Source of the DNA: Lama guanicoe
Taxonomy: Eukaryota
NCBI GenBank assembly: GCA_013239625.1
Contig: MU054187.1
Location: 14,046,974 to 14,110,973 of the forward strand
Reading direction: 5' to 3'
Length of the DNA stretch: 64,000 nucleotides
Below, in pieces: positions 52,070 through 63,714 of this stretch (positions are counted from its first letter, which is position 1; each line of letters begins with the position of its first letter). The notes under the pieces were generated by a model that had not been told where the DNA came from, ran no database searches, and worked only from the letters and a program-made list of their open reading frames with translations. The position numbers were made by a program, and so were the translations under genes.

Positions 52070-52530
52070 ATAAATTTAGAATAATCTTGTTAAGGTCTAC
52101 AAAGAACCCCATTGAAATTTTGATTTGAAATCACATTGTAATAGTAGGTAATTTTGCAGAGCGCTGACACAATTGTTGTCTTCCTATGTATGAACGAAGT
52201 ATTTTTCTCTGTTTCAAGAAATATATTTCTCTATTTAGATTGTCATATGTATTTTTTCTTAGAACATGTCTATGTGTGTACACACATATAGTAAAGTGTT
52301 ATAATTTAATGCATACAGATCTTGATTGCTTTTGCTCAGTTTATCCCTAAGAATATTATATATTTTGTTACTGTTGTAACTGTTACCTTTTTATTATTTT
52401 AGTTAAATATTTTAACTGTTGCTAATGTACAGAAATACTGCTGAGTTTTGTTTATTGATCTTATCTTATTATCCAGCCATCTTGCTAAACCCTTTTTAAT
52501 TATATTTGTAGATTCTTTGAGGTTTTCTGT
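52070..52530 (-). mobile_element. Old L1M ORF2 fragment
   Basis: atttagaataatcttg...ttgatcttatc...ccatcttgctaaac...gtagattctttgaggttttct. Confidence 0.7.
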
Positions 52531-53130
52531 ACAGCACAACATGGGGGTTGGGGGCACCGGCCCCTGTGCGGTCACACAGTCTGCTGTCTGCCTGAAAAAC
52601 AAAGGAATTGATAAATGACTCACTTGAGGGCAGGAAGTCATTTCCTGGAACTCTTGGGATAGAATCAGGAGGACTCAAACCCAAGTTCTTTTGATTCTAC
52701 ATATTATGATCTCTAATCAAACACAAACTTTCCCTTACACTTAAAGATTTATAAAATGAGAATGCTATAGTTACTGAAAAGATTCCATGTGTAAGTAGAC
52801 CCGTTAAGGTCCAACCCATGTTACTTAAGGGTCAACTACATAAATAAGTTTCCTTCAATACTTACCATTACGTTTCTTTTCAGTTGAATATCCATTTATT
52901 GTCTTGTCTTACTAAACTGTGAATAATAAGAAAGAGGAAAGGGTTTACTTTATACACTGTGTCAGACACTCCTTAAACATTATCTTAAGAAATTTCAACA
53001 ATCCTATAAGGTAAATATTATTCCTTTTTTTAACAGATGATGAAAGGCAGGCTCTGGGAGGTGAGATGACTTCTTTTAAAGACATAAAAGAATCAGGATT
53101 CAAAATACACCCCCTTTGGCTTTCTATTTT

Positions 53131-53270
53131 ATTTTTTCAGTTCTGTAACTGACAATCAGCAGTTCTCATCCATGTTAACTGTCGTAGATTTTTGAAAGTG
53201 GTGATGGGTACATAGGTAACCAACATATGGAGCTTGTTTGGTGATCTTAATCCTCCTTACAGTTTTTGGT
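53131..53270 (-). pseudogene. RPL31: 5'-truncated processed pseudogene fragment of ribosomal protein L31
   Basis: Minus strand reads SPNKLHMLVTYVPITTFKNL/TVNMDEN (one frameshift) versus the RPL31 C-terminus [28 protein letters not shown], then a GCTGATTGTCAG 3' UTR remnant and an A-rich tail. Confidence 0.88.
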
Positions 53271-53290
53271 GATAGTATTTCTACTTTTAG

Positions 53291-53400
53291 GTGGACGAAA
53301 GGAAAAAGAAAATAGTAGGCGAGCCACTGAAAGCAAGAGAATACGTGTTTTAAACAGTCAGCCTGTAACTCCTAAGAAATGTCAATCTAGGAAAAGACAG
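53291..53400 (+). CDS. TERF1: TERF1 exon 9 (basic/NLS region to start of Myb)
   Basis: (S)GRKEKENSRRATESKRIRVLNSQPVTPKKCQSRKRQ; ttttag| and |gtattt; 110 nt. Confidence 0.95.
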
Positions 53401-54199
53401 GTATTTGTTTATTATAATTGAATAATACTTCATGGATATTAAAGTCATAATTGAATAATAGTGATTGTTTCACATTGTTACTGTTCAACCCTAAAAAATC
53501 TTGAGTGCGAAATCTCTCTTTTCCATACTAGATTAGATGACCCACATTGTAAAGATATTCTTAAGTTGGGTGTTGATAGCATAACTTATTTAGAATTATT
53601 GTATTGTTATTATTTTATATTTTTATCTTCCTAACAGATTCAGTTTGAATGATCTTTCTGTGCTTTTTTTGAAAAAGAGAAGAATATACCGTTTGAGAAA
53701 GAATTTTTCTAAATGTCTTATTGTTGAGGTGTTGGGACTAGGATCAGATCCTAGGCTACCGTGCCTTCTTCCCCAGTGGGTATGGCCAGCAGCTCCTGCT
53801 TTTGATTAGCTTCCTGCAGGTATTTCTGTGCGTGATTCCTTATTTAGCTCAATCACCTCTACCTTTTGGAGCTATCGCTAATCAAGGGAGGCCCCTGCTG
53901 TTGTTTGCAGACCAGGGATTTAAGGTGTACGCCTCAGGATGTGTTCCTCACTTTGGGAAAGTGTACACAGCAGGCTTTCTGAGATGGATAGATAGAGTGG
54001 CTGTGCCACACTTCTTCACATACCTTTTGTCAATTTCTGCCAATAATGTACTGCCTTCACCTATATTCGTTCAGGTCAAAGGATTCTCCTAATTTTCTGT
54101 TTGGGATTTCATTTCTTTCCTTGTTGCTGCTTGGTGAATTCCCAAGGGAGGATGAAGAAATGTTGAACGTTATGCCATTATATGTAGCCAAAAGTCATG

Positions 54200-55930
54200 T
54201 ATTTCTGTCTTTGATTTTTTTCCACTTTGAATGTATTGAACCAAAGTGTAGATTTTTCGGTGTTTACCCTACTTTGTGTTCTCCATCCTGGATCTGTTTT
54301 GATTTTTTGTTAATTTTGGAAAATTTTCAGCCATAACTATTTCAAGTCTTTCTTTCCTTCTGGTGTCCCATTATGTGTATGTTATACCTTTTGTAATTGT
54401 CTCGCAGTTTTTGCTACTCTTTTCTTTTTCTCTCTCTCTTTTTTTATTCTTAAAGCTTTTCAGTTTAGGTAGTTTCTGTTAACTTCAAGCTCACTGAATT
54501 CTTCATCAGTGTTTAGTCTGCTGATGATCTCATCAGAGGCATTCTTCATTTCTGTTATTGTGTTGTTGATTTTTAGCAGTTCCTTTTGATTCTTTTTTTG
54601 AGTGTGAGTTTGTTTTTGAAGTATTTTTTAAATGGCTTTGTTTTACTTGTTTCTTTAATTTTTAGGCCGGGGTGGGGGGTAATTAGGTTGATTTATTGAT
54701 TTATTTATTTTTAGAGGAGGTACCAGCAATTGAACCCAGAACCTTGTGCTTGCTAAGCATGCATTCCACCACTTGAGCTATACCCTCCCGCCTCTTTCGA
54801 TTCTTTCTTAGGGTTTACATCTCTGCGTACATTTACTGATCTGTTTTTACATGTTACCCATTTTTTTCATTAGTGGTAAAATGCATATTGGCATATTAAT
54901 CATAGTTATTTTAAATTCCCAAGCTGGTTATTTCAAAATCTCTGCCATAGCTGAGCTCGATGCTGCTGTTTCTTCAGATTGTGTTCTGCCTTTTAGTGTA
55001 CCTTAGAATTCTTTGTGGATAGCTGGACATGATGTATCAGGTAAAAGGGACTGAAGTAAGTTGGACTTGAGTGTGAAGTTTTATATTTGTCTGGCTAGGA
55101 GTTAGGCTTTCTTTACTGTTCACTGTAGATGTGGGTGTCAGGGACTAAAGTTTCCTTGTTTTTGTCTCCCTTGTCTTTTGAGTTTCCCTCGAGACTCCTT
55201 AGTAACTAAGGGTCTGAGCTCTTTCAGCTGAGGCACTTAATATACAGGAGCTCAGATAATATGCTAAGGTGGGGACAGGTAGGGAAACATTGTTTAGCTC
55301 TCTGGTTTTCTCATGGTTTTAGTAAGCTTGTATCCTGGGCTAAGACACTTCACATGTGCTTCTCAGCTTTTATTTCCCTCTCTTGAATAAGACAGGAAGG
55401 CTAGAGGGGGCTGAAGTTGAGTATTTCCACAAGTCAAAGATTAGTTTCTCTTGAGGGCAGGCATTGTTAATGGGAACAGGATGCTCTGGGTGTAGTTCAG
55501 AATTGGTACTTTCCTTCTTCCGCCTACTAGAAGTAGATTTTTCTTTCATCTTCACCCTGAGAACTTGGAGCTTTTTGGAGGGAAAACTCACAAGTTCATA
55601 GGCCCCCCAAGATTGTGCCCCTGGAGTCTTTAACTCAAGGTTGTTCACAGTGAGCCTCCATCAATTTATCCATCATAGTAAATGTTCCTACCAGTACTGG
55701 CCCCAGCCATGAGCTGCTTCCAGTCTCCTGCTTCCAGTCAGCTGTGATGCTCTGTATCCACCTTTCTGTCTTTCTGCTTTTCAAGGTAGCAGGTTGCCCT
55801 GTGACATTAATTTTCTGAGAAATCTAGGAAGTGTTGTTGACTTTCAGTTCGTTCAGTTTTTCTCTTCTTGTAAGGACTGGGATGATACTTCCAAGCTCTC
55901 TGTGTTAGTCCAAAATCCAGAAGTCTCTGT
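54200..55930 (-). mobile_element. Old L1M ORF1/5' region
   Basis: tttggaaaattttcagccataactatttca, tcaagctcactga, tcatagttattttaaattcc...ccagaagtctc. Confidence 0.75.
54660..54790 (-). mobile_element. tRNA-derived SINE (Vic-1-like), nested in an old L1
   Basis: Reverse complement of the same SINE. Confidence 0.85.
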
Positions 55931-58587
55931 CTCATACATTTATCTTTCCCTGTGGTTCTTCTGGCAGTAAATCTAAATGGGATTATAGGTGTTATTAACT
56001 ATATATCAGAAAACAGTTTCTCTGTATTTTTTGTATTTGAAACAAAATGTAGGATATCAACTACATAATTTTAAAGAGTAGAATATAGGTGGTATTGTCT
56101 GAATCACTGTTTACTCTGCCAGAAAATAATTACTTCCACTTTTTGGTGGGATAACTTATTTCATTGAGTGACTGATTTTACCTTATTTTGTGTTGAGATT
56201 TCAGTTCTTTAGAAATTTTTATTGCAGTAGACTGCAATTTCTTGTGTAATTTCTTGGACAGTTTCTTTTTGCTGCATTTGTATGTTAAACAGAAAAAGGT
56301 ATTTCTGCCTGCCTCATCACAATTTAAAAAGAGGTCTTCCTTTTGTAAATTTATTCAAGAAAAAAAGTAGATGCTGAACAATACTTTTTCCCATAGATGA
56401 TATATAATGGGAGTTACTATATAGTATTTGTTTTAATTATAAATGATCTTTTTTGTACACATCATCTGTTTTATTTTAAAACATGTCTACACTGCATTTG
56501 AGCACCAAGACAGATGTGACCAAGAAACCCACAGTCCTGTCTCAGCAGGCAGTGGGTCCAGTGTATGACTTTTGAGGTATTATTTTTCCCAGTAACAGAA
56601 AAATGAGAGGATAGGAAAGATGAAATGAACATTACTCTCAACTCCTGTTCAGGAATCTGAGTGATGAAATGGAATGATATTTAACTTTGAAAAGCTCTTC
56701 TAAAGCACCTTCTCTCAAACTAGTTAATGTTTAAAGGTGGAACCTGGGGTGGTGGACCAGCTGGACCTGAGCAACACAAGGGCACACAAGGAATGTGTAA
56801 AACAGCATCCATGCCTTACTGCAAGAAATGGGGAACAGGCTGTGCTTTCTGACTGATAGTTCACTTTTTCCTGTTTTATGAATTCGTACAAGTTTAGAGG
56901 CTGTCAGAACTGCACAGCCACAACTGTGATGCAGCATCAGCACAAAAAAACCTCTTTATTTTGTCAGTTGGAAAGAATCCATTTGACCTATGGGAAGAAG
57001 TGTCCTGAATAGGGTGATGCCAATACATAATATTCAGTTATGACCCCAAAGAAATATGTGGTTTATATTGAAAAGTAGGAATGTCTTTTATTTTTAAATT
57101 GTCTTTCTGTTCAGCTGTGGTTTTTTTTAAATTAGTATTTGATAAGGTTATGTTAGCCTTCTATGTCTTTCCTCTAAGGGAGAAAGTAAATATTAGAAGA
57201 CTGGCAGGTTGTTTCTCAGGCACACACAGGGTTTCTTTCTGTTTGGGGACTACTTTGGTTCTTAGCTTCTGGAATAATTGCACTTCTGGCACCCTTGGGC
57301 CTCCAGCAGTGTCCTCACCATCCAGCGCTGAGACCTCCATATTCCAAAACAAAGTAGCCAACCTGAAGGACTTGCATCGTGGGAAAGAGAGGTCACCTCC
57401 CTTTGCTTTTGGCTCCCCATCATCAGAGGGAAGTGAAGGGGGCAGGTAGGAGCATACCTCTTGGGGCATCAGATCATCGCTAGAGAAGGCAGCAGAGCAA
57501 GCCTAGAGCCTGCCTGGTAGCCCTGTTGTGAGAAACAAAATGCCTTCCCCAAAGTGTACACTTCCTACTTAAGATCTAAAGTAGATGCTTTTGAAATGAT
57601 TTATCTGGGCCAGTGAAAGGCAGTTGCTCATTATATATTATCCAAGTTCAGATTTTCTACTTGATCATGCACACCAAACCAGGCTTTAAAAACAGACCAA
57701 ACTAGACTGGAATATGTGCATTTCAACAGATCAGAAGTTGCAAGATGCTTATACCATTTACTGACATAGCACTACACCCAAGGACTCCATTGGTGTGAAT
57801 AAATAGCATTTTTAAAGGCTTAGAAAACATTATTTTATCCTCTAAAAGGCATTAGAAATGATACGCAGTTTTTCAACATTAGTTATATAAACTTTTTGGC
57901 CTTAGGAAAGAAAAAGATTGGTGCATTTTAATTTGTTACGTGCTTTTTGTATGTTTTGAGTTGTGCCCATGGCTAGGATTGTTTTGTTGTTTTGTTGTTT
58001 TTTTAATTGAATTATTTTTTACTTCTAAGAAAAGCAAGAACCAAAAGAGAATAGCACTAAGGGCACAGCTTTTGCTTATGTCCTGAAATACAATGTCTAA
58101 AACTCTTTGTTAACCTTGTGTCATTATGAATGGGATCTAGCAGTAAGTCAAATGTCCAGTGTATAATATGAAGAAACAAAAAGTTTTAAGCCAAAGAGTA
58201 GACTTAACAGTTGTACTGCCCTTACGTTTTCTTTCTGATCTGACGCTGATAAGCTGATTGTGTCACTTACTCAGTTCTATCTGGACAACAGAAGTTGGCC
58301 TCTTTAAACTCTAAACTTTTAAAGATTACAGTTTTATTTGCTACATGATCACTTATTCTATGTGATGTTTTTCAAGACTCTTTAACCTCTAAATCACAGA
58401 TAAAATTAACCAACAGCCGTTAAGAAAATATGTAGATGAAACAAAATAAGCCATAATCACTGTGTAACAATAATATATCAAGTTATAATTGCTCTTTTTC
58501 ATTAGAAAGAAAAAAACTAAATATTTAATGTTAAACACATCTTTTCAGTTAACCTTTATTGACAACAGTATAACCTTTTTCTTGATC

Positions 58588-58770
58588 AGAGGTTGACAGA
58601 CTATTTCTATAAAGGGCCAGGCAGTGAATATTTTAGGCTTTGTGGGACATATACAGTTTCTGCCACATGTTCTTCTCTTTCTTTTTTAAAATGTAAAGAC
58701 CATTGTTAGCTCCTGGGCTGTACAAACAGCCTGGGGCTGTATTCTGGCCATCACTTGCCCAGCCCTTGCT
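58588..58770 (+). mobile_element. MER58A-like hAT element
   Basis: cagaggttgacagactatttctataaagggccaggcagtgaatattttaggctttgtggg. Confidence 0.8.
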
Positions 58771-59594
58771 GTGTATGAGCCACTGCAAAATACTGCTTAA
58801 ACTTCTGTTGTACCCAGAAACTTACATAGTATTCAAGCAGAGAGTGTTAGTTATTTCTTGAGAGAAACAGGGTTTTCTAGTGTATCAGAATCCATCTTTG
58901 CTGTCTACTAAGTAAAGTAATATTGCTCAGATCATAACAAGAAAACAGTACTGTGTGTGAGGTTGGGATAAATCAAAGACTACTTGTTAAAACTGAATAA
59001 GCCTGTAGCAGCTACTTACACAACAAAAATTCTTAACTTGGGGACCATAAAATTAATGGGTTTTTTTTTTTTAAAGGGGAGTCCAAGTGGCTCCTGAAAT
59101 GTCATGTAGAATTTGGTATTCCTTCACTTGTCTGTAAAGTGGATCCATAGTTTCATCACATTCTCAAAGATTTATGTGACCCTAAAGATGAATAACCCAC
59201 TGCTGAAGTACTTGTAAAGTAAGTACGTGCCACGCCCTTAAACTCCTCCCTTGCACGTACAAAATTTACATCTCCTTTGGTTTTGTGTCTGTTAGAAGCT
59301 TCCAGTGTGGTAAGGCTTTGTAGGAGCGGTGGCTGGTGAGGGAAGTGGACTGGCATGGTCAGTACGGAAGGTCGTAGGAGGGATGTCAGTCTGTGTGGAG
59401 GTTGAGTGGCCGTGCGCTGATATCGGCCGTGCAGTCGCTGATGGGTGGCAGCTCTGACTCCTGCAAGAGGTATGCTTATGGTCACTGTCAGGGTGTGACA
59501 TTGGGCCGTAGACAAGACAGTTTTCTTTTCGTGTTTGTTTACAAGCACTTTGAGGATCTTTGTAATACTGTATCAGACAACTGAGCTGGGTATT

Positions 59595-60670
59595 TTTTCT
59601 TTAATTGTAATAGAATACACAAAGCAAAGTTTGCCAGCTTAACCATTTTAAAGTGGCATTAAACACATCGTTGTGCTACCATCACCACCATCCATCCACA
59701 GAGCTCTTGCCATCTTGCAAAACTAACTCTACCCGTAAAACAATTCCTCATTCACCCCTCCCCCAAGCCTCTGGCGACCACCATTCTACTTTCTGTCTCT
59801 GAATTTGATTATTTAGGTACCTCATATAAGTGGAATCAATACAATATTTGTTCTTTTGTGCTTGACTTGTTTCACTTAGTGTAATTTCCTCAAGGTTCAT
59901 TTACACTGTATTATGTGTCAGAATTTCCTTTTTAAAGCTGAATAATATCTCATTGTATTTATATGCCACATTTTGCTTATGCAGTCATCCACCAGTGGAC
60001 ACTTGGGTTGCTTCCACCTTTTGGCTATTATGTTTTAATACTGCTATCAACAGGGTATACAAATTTCAAGTCTCTCCTTTCAGTTCTTTTGGATATATAC
60101 CCATGAGTAGAATTGTTGGGTCACATGGTACTTTTATTTTTAATTTTTGAAGAACCACCATACTATTTTCCATAGCAGCCACACTTTTTCATTCCTACCA
60201 AGCATGATTAGAATTCCAGTTTCTCCAACACCTATTATTTTGTTTTTTTGATGGTGGACATCCTAATGAGTTTGAAGTAGTGTCTCCTGGTGGTTTTGAT
60301 TTGCATATTCCTAATGATTAGTGATGATGAGCATCTTTTCATGTGCTTATTGGCCATTTGTATATCTTTTTTTGAGAATTATTCAAATCCTTTGCTTATA
60401 TTTATTTGTAGTAAAACATAACATGAAATTTATCATATTAATCACTTTTAAGTGTATGATTCACTAGCATTAAATGCATTCTCATTGTTACGCAGCAGAA
60501 CTTTTTCACCTTGCAAAACTGAAACACTGTAATCATTAAACAGCTCCCCATTTCCCTCTCCTCCCATTCCCTGGCAACCACTCTTCTACATCCTGTTTCT
60601 GTGAGTTTGACTACTCTAGATATCGAATGTAAATGAAATCATACAGTATGTGCCTTTTTGTTACTAATGA
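59595..60670 (-). mobile_element. Two L1MB-like 3' end fragments
   Basis: ccaccattctactttctgtctct...cctcatataagtggaatca...gtggacacttgggttgcttccaccttttggctatt; second copy from ~60405. Confidence 0.85.
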
Positions 60671-61326
60671 TGAGTGGATTTTTAAAGAAAATGTGGAAGG
60701 CAGCTGGGGAAGTTCATCAAAGTTCAGATGCAGTAAATAATCACTCAGATGACACTGGTCCTTCAGCATGTCCGCAGGAGGAGAAGTTTGACACCTATAG
60801 CAAGTGCCAAGTGTCAGTGTTTTTTTTCCGTGTAAAGTACTGAATTGTGTTTTTAAAAATGTTCAGTCATTTTTTTTCAAAAATAAAATAGTGTATTTTT
60901 AATTTGTGTTAGTTGTGTTTTCAGAAATCTTACTTTAGAGATTTTGAGTTTTATGTGTGTGTATACTTTACCCAACAAAGAACAGGATTTCACTGATTTC
61001 GTTAGAGAACTATTAAATATTCATACGTTCTATTTAGAGAAAAATAATCTATTAGCAATTATAGAGAAGTATCTTTCTTAAGAAACAGTGTGGGTTTAAA
61101 GTCAGACAAATTGGGTTTGTATGTAGCTGTCTGATCTGGGGCCACTGAGCCAGTGTGTTCATGTGAAATGAACAGTAATGTAGAAGGACCCTTGAAAGTC
61201 TCACCACAAAAAATACAAGATCTTACAGAAACCTAAGATATGTTTGCTGGATTTCTTCTACTCTTAAGAGATTATAAAATTATTTTGATAAAAAACAGTT
61301 GTATTTCTAGTAGATACATGTTCTTT

Positions 61327-61518
61327 AAAGAATTGCTTCTGTGAATAACTTCTACTTTTTTATCTACTTTTGACAGTAACTTGATTTATTGTAATCATTT
61401 CACAACATACATGAATACTGGATCATTATGTTGTACACCTGAAACTAATAAAATGTTATATATCATTTATACTTCAATTAAAAAGAATTGCTTCTGTGAA
61501 TAACTTCTACTTTTTATC
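61327..61518 (+). mobile_element. L1 3' terminal fragment flanked by 38/37-bp direct repeats
   Basis: aaagaattgcttctgtgaataacttctacttttt(t)atc at 61327-61364 and 61482-61518; the interior resembles an L1 3' end (tcattatgttgtacacctgaaactaata...). Confidence 0.88.
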
Positions 61519-61523
61519 AAAAG

Positions 61524-61700
61524 GTGTGGCTTTGGGAAGAAGACAAAAATCTGAGATCTGGTGTGAGGAAATACGGAGAAGGAAATTGGTCTAAAATACT
61601 GTCCCATTATAAATTCAACAACCGAACAAGCGTCATGTTGAAAGACAGATGGAGGACCATGAAGAAGCTAAAACTCATCTGCTCCGACAGTGAAGACTGA
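61524..61700 (+). CDS. TERF1: TERF1 exon 10 coding part (Myb/telobox DNA-binding domain, stop)
   Basis: [58 protein letters not shown]; telobox [10 protein letters not shown]; 177 nt; the 10 exons sum to 1308 nt. Confidence 0.98.
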   Translation: MWLWEEDKNLRSGVRKYGEGNWSKILSHYKFNNRTSVMLKDRWRTMKKLKLICSDSED

Positions 61701-62780
61701 GTGTGCTTGCATAGCTTGATGAAATGACAGTTAAATATTTTGATCACTGCATTTTATTTGAAACTTGGTGGTCATTAATCTAACTTAAAATTTTGTTTAA
61801 AGCATTACAGTATTTTTCTCGACACAGTCATTTAATAAGAGGATTTGTGCTGCAAGAGTAAGATTGTATGCCATCATTGTATTCCTTAAGAGTCTTTTTA
61901 CTTTGGTAAAAAATAAATTTGTTGAACCCTGATATTTTCAATACTCCTACTTCCAGACCTGTTCCAGTAAAAAAAAAAAAAGGAAACTTTGTAGGAGAAG
62001 TGTATTGCTTTTAACCCCTTTGTGTCTGTAGGCTGACTTCAACTCTGTAACACACATAAAAGTGAGATATCTGAATCAGTGAATAATAATTAGGCCTTTG
62101 CCACAAGGGATAATGAATTGATTTATGGCCTTAATATTTAATTACTAAGACATTTGTTTATAGAATGATAAATGGGCAGAGTAATCTGAGTTATTACATA
62201 TTTAAATTTTCCTTTTAGTAGTTTCATATAAAGGGAAAAAACTTGAGAACAATACCCATAGGACAAGGTTTATAATATTACTGAGAATAGCTTAGGTCTC
62301 ATTTAGGTACATTTGCTTTTTGTTTTAGTTGAAACTTTGACAAAGATGGTTGTAAGTAAAGCTTACTAACACAGCATTATAAATCAACTGTACTTGCAAT
62401 AAAAAAAGTTTTTTAAATAAAGCTTTTTTATAACCTGATGCCGTAAGTATAAGTATCAGTTCCTCTGATATTTTCATTTAATAGATCAATATTAGGCCTA
62501 AACAGTATTCTGTAAATGCTTAAATTGGTTTTAACCGTGATCATTTTGATGTCTATGATAAATACTTAACAAGGTCATACATACCTTATTAGACGGTTTT
62601 GAGTTTTCACCAACATCTTTAGAGGATTTAGTAAAAAACTAGAATTATTTAGCATTTTGAGTTATGTGTGCTTTATTTAACAAGTGAGTGAAAATACTTG
62701 AGCATCTGCATAAAAAGTTAAATGGTAGTATTTTGCAATCTGTATTTCTTATTAAAGTTTTATACATTACTTTCTCATTG
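61701..62780 (+). other. TERF1: TERF1 3' UTR with candidate polyadenylation signals
   Basis: AT-rich sequence after the stop; AATAAA at 61912, 62398 and 62416; ATTAAA at 62751; the true end is inferred. Confidence 0.65.
62357..62425 (+). mobile_element. Ultra-short L1 3' tip in the TERF1 3' UTR
   Basis: actaacacagcattataaatcaactgtacttgcaataaaaaaa flanked by taaagctt direct repeats at 62357 and 62418. Confidence 0.7.
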
Positions 62781-63214
62781 TCCCTGAATATGTTGTCTTA
62801 CACATACAGTAAACAGAAATGTGGATAATTACTCTGTGCTTCTTGAGTCAGTCTGTCCTGTTACACCACTGGTTAGTCACTGTGTTTATTGCAGACACTT
62901 TGATGGTGAATGCTAGAGCTGATGGCATGAGCCAAAATAGACCAGTAAGTCAGTCTCATTCCAAACATACCATAAATCATCAAATCTAAGTTGATACTAA
63001 TGTAAGATACTCACTTATTTTATGTGCCACTAAAAAAAATCACTATCAATTATACTTCTTATTTAGAATTCTGTTTTACCTTTAAGAGAGCTATTACAGA
63101 TAGAAGCATAGATTTTTACTGTATAACTTTTTTATCGGATGCATGAAAAGGAAAAGCAGGATAAACTGGGGAATGTATTCCTAAAACTTCATCTTAAGTC
63201 TGACTCTTGAATTT

Positions 63215-63570
63215 CTTAATTGAAAATTTTGAGATAACTGGATTCATATGTAGTTGTGAGAAATAATAGTTCCCTTGTACACTTGTTCCAGCTTCCCCCA
63301 ATGTCATGTGTTTAAAAAACTGCATTACCACCATTAGGATACTGGTACTGATTTCCCCATTCTTGCACATTGTGTGTGCAGTGTTGCGAGTATTTCATTG
63401 TGAGCATAGCACTTGTGTGGGTTCATGTGTCTGCCACAGGCAAGATACTGAACACTCCAACACCGTGAGGATCCTTTCTGTTACTCCTCTCCCTCCTGCA
63501 TCATTCCTCCAACCCCTGGCAACCACTAATCTGCCTTCCATGTCTAAAATTTAATCATTTAAAGTGTTAA
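63215..63570 (-). mobile_element. L1MC-like 3' end
   Basis: gattcatatgtagttgtgagaaataat...aacccctggcaaccactaatctg. Confidence 0.75.
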
Positions 63571-63578
63571 CGTAGAAT

Positions 63579-63695
63579 TGGGGAGGGTATAGCTCAGTGG
63601 TAGAGTGTATGCTTCGCATGCATGCAGTCCTGAGTTCAGTCCCTAATACCACCACGTAATAAACCTAGTTACCTCTCCGCCTGAAAAAAGAAGCA
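63579..63695 (+). mobile_element. tRNA-derived SINE (Vic-1-like)
   Basis: gggagggtatagctcagtggtagagtgtatgcttcgcatgcatgcagtcctgagttcagtccc. Confidence 0.85.
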
Positions 63696-63714
63696 AAACA
63701 TACATAATGTTACA

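Noticed and set aside
63579..63660. tRNA-Ala-like sequences as tRNA genes (also 13081, 30055, 36667, 44970, 54660)
   Set aside because: Imperfect cloverleaf, A-rich tails and TSDs identify them as SINEs
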